64,000 nucleotides of DNA from Candidatus Nealsonbacteria bacterium (GCA_026016225.1 CP061210.1:66000-129999); one strand, 5' to 3'; shown: positions 27,068-38,209, counted from the first letter of the stretch. Translations and numbers: made by a program. Notes: generated from the sequence alone by a model not told the origin.

Positions 27068-28184
27068 TTTCAATTCTAAGATTAGCATTTACGGTTATTT
27101 TTTTCCAGTCTTTTTTAATCTCTAAAACCCGGTAATAATAAGCTGTTATAGCTACCATCAATGCGTTGTCAGTACAGAAAATTTTTGACGGAACCAAAAA
27201 TTTCACTTTATGGTTTAGGGTTTTTAGTTTATATTTGAATTGCTTACGCAATTCATCATTGGCAGCCACTCCTCCTCCCAAAATTATTGTTTTTGCCTTG
27301 TGGTTTTTGGCTGCCTTAATGGTTTTATAAATTAAAACATCAATAATTGCCTGTTGCGTTTCAGCCGACATTGCCCGGACATAATCTATTGATTTTCTAA
27401 CATTTGATTTTTGTTTCTTATAATTATACAAAGCTGCTGTTTTTAACCCGGAAAAACTAAAATCATAATTTTTCTGATGTATCATTGGTCGAGGTAGAGT
27501 AACTTTGAACTTTAAACCTTTAACCTTTTTAGAAGCCTCAACTTCTATGGCGGGTCCTCCCGGATAACCTAACCCCAACATTCTTGCGATTTTATCAAAG
27601 CATTCACCGGCAGCATCATCCCTGGTTTCCCCAAGAATTTTGTATTTACCAAATTCTTTCATCAGTATTAATTGAGTGTGTCCTCCACTTACCACCAAGC
27701 AAACTATCGGAAACATATTATTTAAGTGTTTAAAGCCGGGTTTTAAACAACAGTCAAATTTGGAATTTGAACCGGTTGGCACAAGCAAACTGGCAAAAAT
27801 ATGAGATTCAATGTGATTGATAGGGATAATTGGTAACTTTAATTTTTTAGCCAAACCTTTGGCAAAATTCACCCCTACCCAAAGACAGGGTTCCAACCCC
27901 GGACCCACGGTAACAGCAATCAAATCAATCTTGCTCCGCCGGCCGGCGGATTCAGCCTCTTTTTTTGCTTTTTCAAATAGTAAGGGAAGATTTTTCTGAT
28001 GTTCTCTCTTTGCTAAAAAAGGATAAACGCCACCGTATTTTTGATGAATCTCCACCTGTGAAGAAATAAGGTTTGATAATACTTTAATCTTTAACTTCTT
28101 TTTCTCGCCGCCTTTTATTAAAGCTACGCAAGTGTCATCACATGAGGTTTCAATAGCGAGAATGATTATGTTTTTATTTTTCAT
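27057..28184 (-). CDS. tsaD: tRNA N6-adenosine threonylcarbamoyltransferase (Kae1/TsaD family)
   Basis: ILAIETSCDDT, H.ESH, VSGGHTQL, GGVAAN. Confidence 0.85.
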   Translation of the reverse strand: MKNKNIIILAIETSCDDTCVALIKGGEKKKLKIKVLSNLISSQVEIHQKYGGVYPFLAKREHQKNLPLLFEKAKKEAESAGRRSKIDLIAVTVGPGLEPCLWVGVNFAKGLAKKLKLPIIPINHIESHIFASLLVPTGSNSKFDCCLKPGFKHLNNMFPIVCLVVSGGHTQLILMKEFGKYKILGETRDDAAGECFDKIARMLGLGYPGGPAIEVEASKKVKGLKFKVTLPRPMIHQKNYDFSFSGLKTAALYNYKKQKSNVRKSIDYVRAMSAETQQAIIDVLIYKTIKAAKNHKAKTIILGGGVAANDELRKQFKYKLKTLNHKVKFLVPSKIFCTDNALMVAITAYYYRVLEIKKDWKKITVNANLRIENEI

Positions 28185-28270
28185 TATTTTTTCTCTAAAA
28201 CTTAAAATGACTTGCCTTTTTCCAATTTTGAGATAAAATTAAGAATTAAACAAGCTTAAAACCAGTTTTT

Positions 28271-28342
28271 GGCCCCATCGTCTAATGGTTAGGACAGTAG
28301 GTTTTCAACCTACCGACAGGGGTTCGACTCCCCTTGGGGCCA
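28271..28342 (+). tRNA. tRNA-Glu(TTC)
   Basis: Acceptor ggcccca/tggggcc, anticodon loop ttttcaa, T-loop ttcgact. Confidence 0.85.
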
Positions 28343-28343
28343 T

Positions 28344-29870
28344 ATGAAAAACTATTTAGATATTTCAAAAGCTGAAAGTCTAAAAGATTCTAAAGAAAAA
28401 TTCTTATATCGTTTCCTGGAAATCATCCCAGGGTTTTTATCTTGGATAACTCTAATTGGAGCTTTTTTCCTATCCTGGTTGACCCCGACAACGGTGGCCA
28501 TTTTCATTATTTTATTTGACCTCTATTGGCTGTTAAAGATTGTCTATTTATCTTTTCATCAAATAGCAAGTTTTAAACAAATGAGAAAAAACCTCAAGAC
28601 TGACTGGTTAGAAAAACTTGAGCAGCTTAATGAGGAATGGAATAAGATTTATCATTTGATAGTTTTGCCTATGTATAATGAAAGTAAGGAAATAGTTGAA
28701 AGTTCTTGTCAGGCAATATCTGATTGTCAATATCCAAAAGATAGAATGATTGTGGTTTTAGCAATAGAAGAGAGAGCAGGTAAAAGCGTTCAAAAAATGA
28801 CAAAAGAAATAGAGAAACGATTTTCCAAAAAATTCTTAAGGTTTTTAATCACCGTTCATCCTAAAAACATTCCGGGAGAAATAAAAGGTAAAGGTTCAAA
28901 TGCCGCCTGGGCAATAAAAACGGTGAAGAAAAAAATAATTGAACCTTTAAAAATTAAAAAAGAAAATATTATTGTGTCGAGCTTTGATATTGATACTAAA
29001 CCTTATCCCCAATATTTTGCTTGTTTAACATTTCATTATTTAACAATAAAAAATCCCTATAGAGCTTCTTATCAGCCAATTCCTGTCTATAACAATAATA
29101 TTTGGTCAGCTCCTAACTTTTCGAGGCTTGTGGCAACATCCAATACTTTCTGGCAAATGATGCAACAGGAAAGACCGGAAGCGCTGGTAACCTATTCTTC
29201 TCATTCCGTACCTTTTTGTGTTTTAGAACAAGTAGGTTATCCAAAAAATGTTGTGCCCGACGACTCAAGAATATTTTGGAAGTCCTACCTCTTTTATGAC
29301 GGAGACTACCGTGTTATTCCTATCCACTATCCAGTTTCAATGGATGCTGTTTTAGCAAAAAATCTTTCAAGAACAATAATTAATCAGTATAAGCAGCAAA
29401 GGCGTTGGGCTTGGGGATGCGTTGATATCCCTTTTTTACTATTTGGTTTTTTAAAAAATAAAAAGATTTCTCTTTCAAAAAAACTATATCATTGCTGGAA
29501 TATCTTAGATGGCTTTTGGTCCTGGGCAGTTGCGTCTTTATTGATTTTCTTTTTAGGATGGTTACCCTTAGTTTTAGGGGGAGAAAAATTTAATATTACT
29601 CTTTTATCATATAATTTGCCGCGGGCAACCAGAAGTATGATGACAATATCTATGATAGGAATGCTTGTTTCTTCTATCATTAGTTTCTTAATTTTACCGC
29701 CAAAACCAAAAAAGTTTGGTAAATTAAAAGATGTCTCATTGGCTCTTCAGTGGTTAATGTTACCCATTACCCTAATTTTTTTTGGAGGTATTCCAGCTTT
29801 AGATGCTCAAACAAGATTAATCTTTGGAAAACGTTTGGGTTTTTGGGTAACTGAAAAGGCAAGATTATGA
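28344..29870 (+). CDS. Membrane glycosyltransferase, family 2-like
   Basis: VLPMYNES, a QQRRWAWG (QxxRW-like) motif, and flanking TM helices. Confidence 0.65.
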   Translation: MKNYLDISKAESLKDSKEKFLYRFLEIIPGFLSWITLIGAFFLSWLTPTTVAIFIILFDLYWLLKIVYLSFHQIASFKQMRKNLKTDWLEKLEQLNEEWNKIYHLIVLPMYNESKEIVESSCQAISDCQYPKDRMIVVLAIEERAGKSVQKMTKEIEKRFSKKFLRFLITVHPKNIPGEIKGKGSNAAWAIKTVKKKIIEPLKIKKENIIVSSFDIDTKPYPQYFACLTFHYLTIKNPYRASYQPIPVYNNNIWSAPNFSRLVATSNTFWQMMQQERPEALVTYSSHSVPFCVLEQVGYPKNVVPDDSRIFWKSYLFYDGDYRVIPIHYPVSMDAVLAKNLSRTIINQYKQQRRWAWGCVDIPFLLFGFLKNKKISLSKKLYHCWNILDGFWSWAVASLLIFFLGWLPLVLGGEKFNITLLSYNLPRATRSMMTISMIGMLVSSIISFLILPPKPKKFGKLKDVSLALQWLMLPITLIFFGGIPALDAQTRLIFGKRLGFWVTEKARL

Positions 29871-30640
29871 ATTATATTTTAAATTATTCCCTTTATATTT
29901 TTTTTGGAGTATTGCCCAGTCTTCTCTGGCTCCAATTTTATTTAAGGAGAGACGTTAAGCCAGAACCCAAATTAATGATTTTCAAAATTTTTTTTTACGG
30001 AATGCTATTAACCATTCCGGCAATTTTTCTTGAAAAAGCATTTTTTGAAATTAAGATATTCAACCTTTCCCCTTTTACCGTTTCAATTCTGAATATTTTT
30101 TTAGGAGTAGCTTTAATTGAAGAATGTTTAAAATTTTCATTAATAAAATTAAAAATTCTAAACAACCCTGAGTTTGATGAACCGGTAGATGCTATGATTT
30201 ATATGATAATTGCAGCCTTAGGTTTTGCGGCAGCAGAAAATCTTTTGGTTTTGTTTTCTGTAGGAAGTCAAAGTTCTACCGGAGGCGAATTTTTACTCCC
30301 TTTATTAACTCCTGTCTTTTTTGGGAAAATTTTTGAAATTTCTATTTTAAGATTTTTAGGAGCTACTTTTTTGCACACTCTCTCTTCAGCCATAATTGGT
30401 TTTTTTATCGGTCTTTCATTTTTTGAAAAAGAAAAACGGAAAAAATTAATTTTAGCAGGTATGATATTAGCTATCTTGTTGCATGGTTTTTATAATTTTT
30501 CTATAATAGAAATGGAAAAAGGTTTAAACACTTTAATAATTCCCTTTTTTCTTTTAGTGACTGCTGCTATCTTTGTTTCTTTTGGCTTTAAAAAACTAAA
30601 GAGAATGGCAGGCTCTAATCAAGAAATTTTTAATTATTAA
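29867..30640 (+). CDS. PrsW-family intramembrane metalloprotease
   Basis: Polytopic protein with EECLKF, AAAENL and HGFYNF motifs. Confidence 0.65.
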   Translation: MNYILNYSLYIFFGVLPSLLWLQFYLRRDVKPEPKLMIFKIFFYGMLLTIPAIFLEKAFFEIKIFNLSPFTVSILNIFLGVALIEECLKFSLIKLKILNNPEFDEPVDAMIYMIIAALGFAAAENLLVLFSVGSQSSTGGEFLLPLLTPVFFGKIFEISILRFLGATFLHTLSSAIIGFFIGLSFFEKEKRKKLILAGMILAILLHGFYNFSIIEMEKGLNTLIIPFFLLVTAAIFVSFGFKKLKRMAGSNQEIFNY

Positions 30641-30659
30641 TTATTCGTTTTTATTTACT

Positions 30660-31226
30660 ATGGGAACTTCATTTTTCGAAAAACTTAAAAAAGGAATGGA
30701 CATAGAAGAAACACCTGAAAAAAAGCTAAACAAAGAAAAAATAGAGAATGAAGAAATTAAACAAATATCGATTGAGTTAGAAGAGAAAAAGCAAGCAATC
30801 CGCCAGCCGGCGGAAAAAAAATTGAAGAAAAAAGAAAAGGTTGAAATAAAAAAATCCTCCGCAACTTTAGCTTTAAAGGACAAAGAATGGCCTAAAACAG
30901 AAGGACAGTTAGCGGTCGATATCTATCAAACAGAATCTGAATTAATTATCCAATCAGCAATTGCCGGTGTAAAACCCGAAGAATTAAATATCTCAGTAGA
31001 AGGAGACCTTATTACCATTAGAGGGGAAAGAAAAAGACCTGCTGAAGAAAGTGAGGATTATTTTTCCCAAGAATGTTATTGGGGACCATTTTCCCGGAAA
31101 ATAATCCTACCTGTTGAGGTTGACCCGGGACGGATTGATGCCATATTAAAGGAAGGGATTTTAACAATTAGAATGCCAAAAATTTCAAGAGAAAAGAAAA
31201 GGAAAGTCACGGTTAAAAAGTTGTAG
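30660..31226 (+). CDS. Hsp20/alpha-crystallin small heat shock protein with a K/E-rich N-terminal extension
   Basis: Alpha-crystallin core: GQLAVDIYQTE...VKPEELNISVEGDLITIRGER...GILTIRMPK. Confidence 0.8.
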   Translation: MGTSFFEKLKKGMDIEETPEKKLNKEKIENEEIKQISIELEEKKQAIRQPAEKKLKKKEKVEIKKSSATLALKDKEWPKTEGQLAVDIYQTESELIIQSAIAGVKPEELNISVEGDLITIRGERKRPAEESEDYFSQECYWGPFSRKIILPVEVDPGRIDAILKEGILTIRMPKISREKKRKVTVKKL

Positions 31227-31240
31227 CGTAATTAAACTAG

Positions 31241-31324
31241 TGCCGGGGGTGGGACTCGAACCCACAAGCCAAAAATGGCACGAGGTCCTAAACCTCGCGT
31301 GGTTGCCAATTTCACCACCCCGGC
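31241..31324 (-). tRNA. tRNA-Leu(TAG)
   Basis: Acceptor gccgggg/ccccggc, anticodon loop tttagga, long variable arm. Confidence 0.85.
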
Positions 31325-31455
31325 AGTTTGACAAAATATTTAGCAATCTGCCTCAATTTTAGCTTTTTTATCAAATAAAATCAACCTCATTTATTTGAGG
31401 TTGATTTTTGGAACCAGGCGCTTTTTTAAACTCAAATGTCTTTTGTTTTTAGTTT

Positions 31456-31881
31456 TTATACTCCTAATACTGTTCTGACAAGTGCTGGAATGGCTTTAGC
31501 AAAAAGAGCAATCGCTAAACCAATCATAGCAAAAAGTATAAAATCCTTTCCCTGTTTCAACTTCTCTTCAGAGCCACCTGCTGTAGTTATATTAAATCCT
31601 CCCCAAATTACCAGAAAGCCTGTCACTGCTATTAAAACAAAAAACATCCAATCAGTTACAGTATAAACTGCATTCATCAGACAGCATATACCACACGGTT
31701 TGTCTTTTGAATCAAAAGGACAATTTCCATCGTCCGCCCAATTATCAGGACAACCCTCTATACCTACATCATGCGTTATGGTACAGCCAGTAGCAGGTCC
31801 TTCTTGAGCTAAAGCTGCCATAGGAACTATCGTTCCAACTAACACGCTGGCTAAAACTAAGTTTAAAAGTGTTTTTTTCAT
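31456..31881 (-). CDS. VirB2/TrbC-like (T4SS pilin-like) small membrane protein with a Cys-containing N-terminal ectodomain
   Basis: Signal peptide, 7 Cys, then two TM helices separated by TTAGGSEEKLKQGKD. Confidence 0.55.
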   Translation of the reverse strand: MKKTLLNLVLASVLVGTIVPMAALAQEGPATGCTITHDVGIEGCPDNWADDGNCPFDSKDKPCGICCLMNAVYTVTDWMFFVLIAVTGFLVIWGGFNITTAGGSEEKLKQGKDFILFAMIGLAIALFAKAIPALVRTVLGV

Positions 31882-31940
31882 TTTAATGTTTCTTTCTATC
31901 TCTTAATTTGATTCGACCTTTTGTTTTATTGTTTTTATCC

Positions 31941-32300
31941 TCAAAATAAACTACTAAGTAAAGCTACAATTCCTTTTGAAAACAAAACTATTGAAAATCC
32001 AATAATGGTCCAGGTAATTATTTTTTTAGCTTGAGCTATTTTTTCAGCATCACCTGCCGCTGTAGTAAATAAAAAACCAGCTACAATTATTATTAGGGGA
32101 GCTACGATAATCGCAAGATAAAAAATAAAGTTGGTGAGACTATCTATGATATCTCCTATGGTCTTATTTCTTAAAGGACCCTCAAATATATAATCAGCTC
32201 TTAAATTAGTTGCTATTAAAAAATTTAATACCAAACAAAAAATCCCGGTTAAAAGAAATAGAAATATCTTCTTTCTCATAGACATTTTATATTTTAGCAT
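31941..32300 (-). CDS. VirB2/TrbC-like (T4SS pilin-like) small membrane protein
   Basis: FIFYLAIIVAPLIIIVAGFLFTTAAGDAEKIAQAKKIITWTIIGFSIVLF. The 3' ~140 nt are nearly identical to the next gene. Confidence 0.55.
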   Translation of the reverse strand: MLKYKMSMRKKIFLFLLTGIFCLVLNFLIATNLRADYIFEGPLRNKTIGDIIDSLTNFIFYLAIIVAPLIIIVAGFLFTTAAGDAEKIAQAKKIITWTIIGFSIVLFSKGIVALLSSLF

Positions 32301-32334
32301 AAAAAAGTGTTAAAACTCTATACTCTCTTAAAAA

Positions 32335-32937
32335 TTAACCTCCTATAACACCTGTTATTAAAGCTACAATTCCTTTTGAAAACAAAACTATTGAAAATCC
32401 AATAATGGTCCAGGTAATTATTTTTTTAGCTTGAGCTACTTTTTGAACATCACCTGCCGCTGTGGTGAATAAAAAACCAGCTATAATGAGCATTAAGGGA
32501 GCTATGACAATCGCAAGATAAAAAATAAAGTTAACAAGGTCATTGATGATAATATCAAAGCTTGTAGCATTTAGAATATTTAGAATTTCAATTATTCTAC
32601 CATCATTATTATCATTATCTTTATCATTATCATTATCTTTATCATTATCTCCATTACCTTGACACACTCCTCCACTGCAAATTCCAGAAGCGCATTCGCT
32701 ATCACAATAGCACTTTTGACCGTTATTAATTGACCTATCTGGCTTACAACAAATACCGTACCCACCAGGAAACTCATCACAATGAAGGTTCTGGCCAGTA
32801 CAACAATCTAACTCTGACTTCCGACCGCATTCCCCTCCCCAATCTGAGCATTGAGCTTTGGCAGTAGTCGGGATAAAAGAAATTAATACTAAACAAAAAA
32901 TTCCAAGTAAAAGAATGAAAAAGGTTTTTTCCCTCAT
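32335..32937 (-). CDS. VirB2/TrbC-like pilin-like protein with a Cys-rich knot-like module and a D/N/K repeat
   Basis: Signal peptide, CSDWGGECG...CCTG...CC...CYCDSECASGICSGGVC, then GDNDKDNDNDKDNDNNDG, then the two-TM pilin-like core. Confidence 0.55.
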   Translation of the reverse strand: MREKTFFILLLGIFCLVLISFIPTTAKAQCSDWGGECGRKSELDCCTGQNLHCDEFPGGYGICCKPDRSINNGQKCYCDSECASGICSGGVCQGNGDNDKDNDNDKDNDNNDGRIIEILNILNATSFDIIINDLVNFIFYLAIVIAPLMLIIAGFLFTTAAGDVQKVAQAKKIITWTIIGFSIVLFSKGIVALITGVIGG

Positions 32938-32976
32938 ATATTTTATAATCGCATAGAATAAATTAAAATTAAAACA

Positions 32977-33540
32977 TTACAACCTTTCAAAAATTAAACC
33001 CCAATGATAAACGCCAGCTGAAAATTCTTTCTCTAATTCTAAACCAGTTTCTTTTGCCATTTTTTTTATCTCCTCGGGCGAAACCTTATTCTCAGGACCT
33101 AAGGGAGAATCTTCTTTCCAGTCAACTACTAAAAGCTTACCGCCTTTTTTTAAAACTCTTTTTCCCTCTTCCATTACTTTCTTTTTATCATCTACTTCAA
33201 AAAAAAGATTGGTCATTAAAACCAAATCACAACTATTACCCAAAAGCTTGGAGGTTCTTTCTATGTCTGACTTTATTGTTTCAATATTTAAGATTTTTTC
33301 TAATCTTATCTTGCTTTTTAATGCTGAAAGAGGTTCCTCTAAAATATCTATCGCATAAACCTTTCCTTGTTTTAGTCTTTTTGCCAAGGGGATTACCCAA
33401 CCGCCAGAACCTGAACCAAAGTCAGCCGCAACAAAACTTTCTTTCAAACCAAGCATATCTAAAACTCTTGAAGGATTAAGAAATGCCATGTTCTTCCATT
33501 TTACCTTTTCTTCACCAAAGATGTCAAAAGAAAAACCCAC
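32977..33540 (-). CDS. Class I SAM-dependent methyltransferase
   Basis: Motif I VAADFGSGSGGW. The likely true start is MAFLNP at 33489. Confidence 0.7.
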   Translation of the reverse strand: MGFSFDIFGEEKVKWKNMAFLNPSRVLDMLGLKESFVAADFGSGSGGWVIPLAKRLKQGKVYAIDILEEPLSALKSKIRLEKILNIETIKSDIERTSKLLGNSCDLVLMTNLFFEVDDKKKVMEEGKRVLKKGGKLLVVDWKEDSPLGPENKVSPEEIKKMAKETGLELEKEFSAGVYHWGLIFERL

Positions 33541-33551
33541 AAGAAAGGATT

Positions 33552-36500
33552 TTAAACACAGACCATTGAAACAACTTTATCTTTTTCTCCTAATTTCATA
33601 ATTCTTACTCCCTGGGTTGCCCGGCTCAATTTTGAAATTGACCCAATCTTTATTCTAATTACGTGGGCTTGTTGGGAAACGGCTATTAAATCTTCTTCTT
33701 CCGTCAGAATTTTTGAAGCAACCAGCCTCCCTATTTTAGGGATTATTTTCGCTGTCTTAACTCCTACTCCACCTCTTTTCTGCAAACCATACTCTTTTAA
33801 ATCTGTTCTTTTACCATAACCATTTTCAGTCACTACCAATAAATATTGTTTAACTTTTAATTTTTTGCCTTTTTCCGCCAACTGGCGGATTGGTTTTATT
33901 ATATCCATTCCTATTACCTCGTCTCCTCCCTCAACCTGAACTCGAGATGAAGATTTTTTCAATCTGATTCCTCTTACTCCGGCGGCTGACCGCCCCATAG
34001 GTCTTATATCTTTTTCTCTAAACCTTATTGACTGACCATTTTTAGTTACTAAAATTATTTCATCTTCTCCCGTAGTTTTACAAACTTTTTTCAGTGAATC
34101 TCCCTTTTTTAAGGAAATAGCGATTAGTCCCGAACGACGAATATTTTTGAATTCCTCTAAAGCGGTTTTTTTGATTACCCCGTTTTTAGTTACCATTACT
34201 AAATATTTTGCCTCGATTTTTTCACTCTTTTTGCTTAAAGATATTAAAGATAATACTTTTTCTTGAGGGGAAATTTCTAAGAAATTAAGTAAACCCCTGC
34301 CCTTGGCAGTTCGGGTTCCCTCGGGGATTTCGTAAGCTGGAATTCTGAAAACCTTTCCTGAGTCAGTAAAGAATAAAAGACTATCATGAGTGTTGGCAAT
34401 CAAAAAGTGTTCCACGATATCTTCTCCCACTGTTTTCATTCCTAAAATTCCTTTCCCTCCTCTTCTTTGAAGCTTATATGTCTTAGGGTTTATTCTCTTT
34501 ATGTAACCACCCTGAGTTAGAGTAATAATCGTTTCTTCTCTGGGAATTAAATCTTCTTCTGATATTTCACCTATTTTCCTTTTAAAAACTTTTGTTCTTC
34601 TCTCATCTCCAAAGTTTTCTTTCACTTCTTTTAATTCTTTTTTAATAACGCTTTTTATCTTTTGGGGACTCTTTAAAACAGCTGTTAGTTCTTTGATTTT
34701 AGCACGCAACTCTTTCAGTTCATCTTCAATTTTTTTCCTTTCTAACCTTGCTAAAGCTGCTAGTTTTGTATCTAAAATTGCGTTAGCCTGAATTTCTGTT
34801 AGTTTAAAACGCTTCATTAAGTTTTTCTTTGCGTTTTCTCTATCTATTGATTTTTTAATCGTTGATATTACCGCGTCAATTTTTTGCAAACACTTGTGTA
34901 AACCTTCTAAAATATGGGTTCTCTCTTTTGCCTTTTCTAATTCATGCTTAATCCTCCTTAAGACAACTTCTTTCCTGTGTGAAATAAAATATTCTAAAAC
35001 CTCAACAAAATTTAAAATTTTGGGTTGAATTCCATCAACCAAAGCTACCGTATTTAAATGAAAAGTTCTCTGTAAGTCGCTAAATTTAAAAAGACGATTC
35101 AAAATCCTATTAGCTATTACGTCTTTTTGGAGTTCTATGACAATTCTCATTCCTTCTTTGTCTGATTCATCTCTAATGTCTTTTATTCCTTTAATTCTTT
35201 TTTCTGAAACCAATTTAGCAAATTTGGCAAGCAAAGTTGATTTTTGAACCTGAAACGGAATTTCAGTAATTAAAATCTTTTGTTTTCCTTTTTCATCTTC
35301 AATAATTTCTGTTTTACCTCTTACTAAAATAGGTCCTTTACCTTGAGAATAAACTTCCATTATCCCTCTCTGGTCATAAATGAAACCTCCCGTTGGAAAA
35401 TCCGGACCCTGAACAAATTGAAAAACATCCTCGACATCAGCTTTTGAATGTTCGACTAAATAAATTAAAGCATCACAGATTTCATTTAAATTATGGGGAG
35501 GAATATTGGTTGCCATCCCAACCGCAATTCCCAAACAACCATTTAATAAAAGTTGGGGAAGAGGAGAGGGCAAAACAACGGGTTCTTTTCTCGTACCGTC
35601 ATAATTATCAATAAAATCAACTGTATCTTTTCCAATATCTTTTAACATTTCTTGACCCTCTTTCGAAAGCCGCATTTCTGTATTGTGACTAATAAATCCA
35701 TTAGAAATGAAAGAATGACATATACTATCTACTCTTAAAGAATAAACTCGTTCCTCTCCTTGTTGTTTTACAGAAACAATCTGCTCAAATAAATAATGGT
35801 TTTTTAAGAAATTCTTAACAAGCTTTAAATCGAATTGGTCCAGTATTTGTTCCAAACGATTATAATATTTTCTAAGTTTTGGATATCTATCCAAATTGTG
35901 GGTTTTAAGCCAAACTTTATCTGCTCGCTTTATGTTCAATCCCTGATACTTTTCCCTTATATACTGGGCAAGATACGGAATATAATCAGTTTTAGACATT
36001 ATTCTGTGATCGGAATTAAGTTTTGAAAATTCCTCTAATCTTTGTTTCTTTCGTCTTGAAATAAAACCAATTTGTTTTTTAAATAAACCAAAATTGTTAT
36101 GCCCATGAATAAATAATCTTAATGTTGTTCTTGTTCTTTCGGGTCTTAAAAATGAATCTATGCCAAATCTTAAAAATATGATTTGTAACTGCTCAAGTAA
36201 TTTCTTACTACAAGAAGTATAGACTATTTCTATTGATCTTTGTTTTTTATCTTTATTGCGGTGCTTACAAAGATAGATAGATCCATCTCCCTCAAAAAGT
36301 CCTTTCAGAAAAGCAGATGTTGATTTTTTGCTTGCATGAAATATAATTTCAGGGATTTGTTTTTTAGAAGCACGAGCTCTTTTTAATCCTAAACTTTCCA
36401 GAAATTCAGTAATATAATTTGAATGAACTTCTAAAGCTGTATGGTCCTGTTTTCCGTAACCTAAAGGCCCCCTCTTAAATTCATGTAATCGGCAAGTAGG

Positions 36501-37439
36501 AAAAACTTTTTTAAAACTATTTTTAAAAGCATTTATGAATTCTTTGTCTGTGTTTGCGAAACCAAAGCATTTTTCTTTAGATTTCTTATGGGAAACATAG
36601 CCCTCTGATAAAATTGCTCCCAGCAGAAAAGCTAAATCAGAATTCATCCGAGAGGGTAGTTTGTGAATAACAAAATGTCTGTTTTTTATTTTGGGATAAT
36701 ATTTCTTAAGACTTGGTTCTTTTCGCTGCCATAAAGTATTGTTGTTTCTATCAATAACTGCAAAATTGCCCTTTTTAATTTCTTTTAATAATTTCCATTT
36801 AAATATAGGTCTGCCCTCGTTATCTTTTTGAAGAGTTAAGATTGGATGATTATTCGTTCCTTTCAATTTATAACCCCTAAATGTTTTCACTTCTAAAACA
36901 GGATGAACACCTGAATCAAACCACTTTGATGCTGAATTTATTTTTTGAGCAAAGGACAAAACATTTAAAGAAATATTCTCTTTATCAGAAATTTCATCAA
37001 TTCTTTCCAAACAACGATTGGTCACTATAATAGAATCACCAGTAATACAATATCTCATCGCCGCATATTCACCTGGGTCATCAATTGAGCCCATGTTTCC
37101 TTGACCCTGAATCAAAGGGTATCTCAGGGAAAAATCCTGTGCCATTCTTACTGCAGCTCCATACACTGCCTGGTCGCCGTGTGGATGATAGCGGCCCAAG
37201 GTGTTTCCTACGACAGTTGCTGATTTTCTGGATTTTGCATCATGACGCAATCCCATATCATACATGGCATACAAAATTCTTCTCTGGACAGGTTTTAAGC
37301 CGTCTCTAACATCGGGCAAAGCTCGAGAGATAATCACTGACATAGCATAATCAATATATGATTCCTTCATCTCTTTGGTAATCTCTCTTGTTTGTACTTT
37401 AGCAAGTTCCTTATTTGGTTCTTTTTTATCTTTTTTCAT
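33552..37439 (-). CDS. gyrA: DNA gyrase subunit A, interrupted by a 456-aa intein
   Basis: [19 protein letters not shown], then AAMRY|CITGDS...FISHN|TEMRL. The C-terminal beta-pinwheel repeats are present. Confidence 0.9.
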   Translation of the reverse strand: MKKDKKEPNKELAKVQTREITKEMKESYIDYAMSVIISRALPDVRDGLKPVQRRILYAMYDMGLRHDAKSRKSATVVGNTLGRYHPHGDQAVYGAAVRMAQDFSLRYPLIQGQGNMGSIDDPGEYAAMRYCITGDSIIVTNRCLERIDEISDKENISLNVLSFAQKINSASKWFDSGVHPVLEVKTFRGYKLKGTNNHPILTLQKDNEGRPIFKWKLLKEIKKGNFAVIDRNNNTLWQRKEPSLKKYYPKIKNRHFVIHKLPSRMNSDLAFLLGAILSEGYVSHKKSKEKCFGFANTDKEFINAFKNSFKKVFPTCRLHEFKRGPLGYGKQDHTALEVHSNYITEFLESLGLKRARASKKQIPEIIFHASKKSTSAFLKGLFEGDGSIYLCKHRNKDKKQRSIEIVYTSCSKKLLEQLQIIFLRFGIDSFLRPERTRTTLRLFIHGHNNFGLFKKQIGFISRRKKQRLEEFSKLNSDHRIMSKTDYIPYLAQYIREKYQGLNIKRADKVWLKTHNLDRYPKLRKYYNRLEQILDQFDLKLVKNFLKNHYLFEQIVSVKQQGEERVYSLRVDSICHSFISNGFISHNTEMRLSKEGQEMLKDIGKDTVDFIDNYDGTRKEPVVLPSPLPQLLLNGCLGIAVGMATNIPPHNLNEICDALIYLVEHSKADVEDVFQFVQGPDFPTGGFIYDQRGIMEVYSQGKGPILVRGKTEIIEDEKGKQKILITEIPFQVQKSTLLAKFAKLVSEKRIKGIKDIRDESDKEGMRIVIELQKDVIANRILNRLFKFSDLQRTFHLNTVALVDGIQPKILNFVEVLEYFISHRKEVVLRRIKHELEKAKERTHILEGLHKCLQKIDAVISTIKKSIDRENAKKNLMKRFKLTEIQANAILDTKLAALARLERKKIEDELKELRAKIKELTAVLKSPQKIKSVIKKELKEVKENFGDERRTKVFKRKIGEISEEDLIPREETIITLTQGGYIKRINPKTYKLQRRGGKGILGMKTVGEDIVEHFLIANTHDSLLFFTDSGKVFRIPAYEIPEGTRTAKGRGLLNFLEISPQEKVLSLISLSKKSEKIEAKYLVMVTKNGVIKKTALEEFKNIRRSGLIAISLKKGDSLKKVCKTTGEDEIILVTKNGQSIRFREKDIRPMGRSAAGVRGIRLKKSSSRVQVEGGDEVIGMDIIKPIRQLAEKGKKLKVKQYLLVVTENGYGKRTDLKEYGLQKRGGVGVKTAKIIPKIGRLVASKILTEEEDLIAVSQQAHVIRIKIGSISKLSRATQGVRIMKLGEKDKVVSMVCV
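35682..37049 (-). mobile_element. GyrA intein with an intact-looking LAGLIDADG homing endonuclease domain
   Basis: Cys1 (tgt at 37049-37047), block B TNNHP, LAGLIDADG motifs [10 protein letters not shown] and [10 protein letters not shown], terminal SHN followed by Thr (aat at 35684-35682). Confidence 0.85.
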
Positions 37440-37456
37440 TTAATAATCTATAAAGG

Positions 37457-38194
37457 TTATTGAGAATCCTCCTCCATTTTTTCTAAAACTTTTTTTAAAT
37501 CCCTTGGTATTTCGGATTTAAATTCTTTTTCTTTATCATTTAAAAGTTTTATTTTCAAAAAACCAGCGTGCAAGAATTGTCTTTTTAAACTTTCTGGATG
37601 GACTTGATTCTTAAAAGAGTATAATCTATCTCCTGCAACCGGATGACCTAAATAACTAAAATGAGTCCTAATCTGATGCTTTCTACCGGTTCTTAATGTA
37701 ACTCCGACTAAAGTATAATAATTTCTTCGCCCTCCCTTACTAATACTTCGGAGGGGTAATAAAACTCTATATTTTGTAACAGCTGTTCTTTTCCCTTCAG
37801 AACCCGGCTCAAGTGGAAGATAAACTTTTTGTTTTACTCTGTTTTTTGGTGAGCGACCAATCAAGGTTTTAATCTCTCCTTGGGTTTCTTTTAATTTCCC
37901 TGAAAGTAAAGCAATGTATCTTTTAACTACTTTCCTGTTTTTGAATTGTTTTTGTAGAAAAGATAAACTTTTATTATTTTTAGCTATCAATAAGATTCCT
38001 GAAGTATCTTTATCTAACCTATGAACTATTCCATATCTTGGGGGTTCACCTACTTTTCTTAAATAAGGAAATTGTTTTAAAAGTATGTCAATTAATGTTC
38101 TTTCAGTAGTCTCTTTTTCTGGAAAAACAATAATATTAACTGGTTTATCTATTACTAAAAGATTTTTATCTTGGTAGATAATTTTCAATTTCAT
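37457..38194 (-). CDS. RluA-family pseudouridine synthase
   Basis: The HRLDKDTSG catalytic motif. The start is taken at MKLKIIYQD; the track ORF N-terminus runs into a tRNA gene. Confidence 0.8.
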   Translation of the reverse strand: MKLKIIYQDKNLLVIDKPVNIIVFPEKETTERTLIDILLKQFPYLRKVGEPPRYGIVHRLDKDTSGILLIAKNNKSLSFLQKQFKNRKVVKRYIALLSGKLKETQGEIKTLIGRSPKNRVKQKVYLPLEPGSEGKRTAVTKYRVLLPLRSISKGGRRNYYTLVGVTLRTGRKHQIRTHFSYLGHPVAGDRLYSFKNQVHPESLKRQFLHAGFLKIKLLNDKEKEFKSEIPRDLKKVLEKMEEDSQ

Positions 38195-38209
38195 ATATTC
38201 TATTTTTTG

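Noticed and set aside
30641-30883. An 80-aa antisense ORF.
   Set aside because: It lies opposite the K/E-rich N-terminal extension of the Hsp20 gene, and its low-complexity poly-F/S peptide is typical of antisense AAG/GAA runs.
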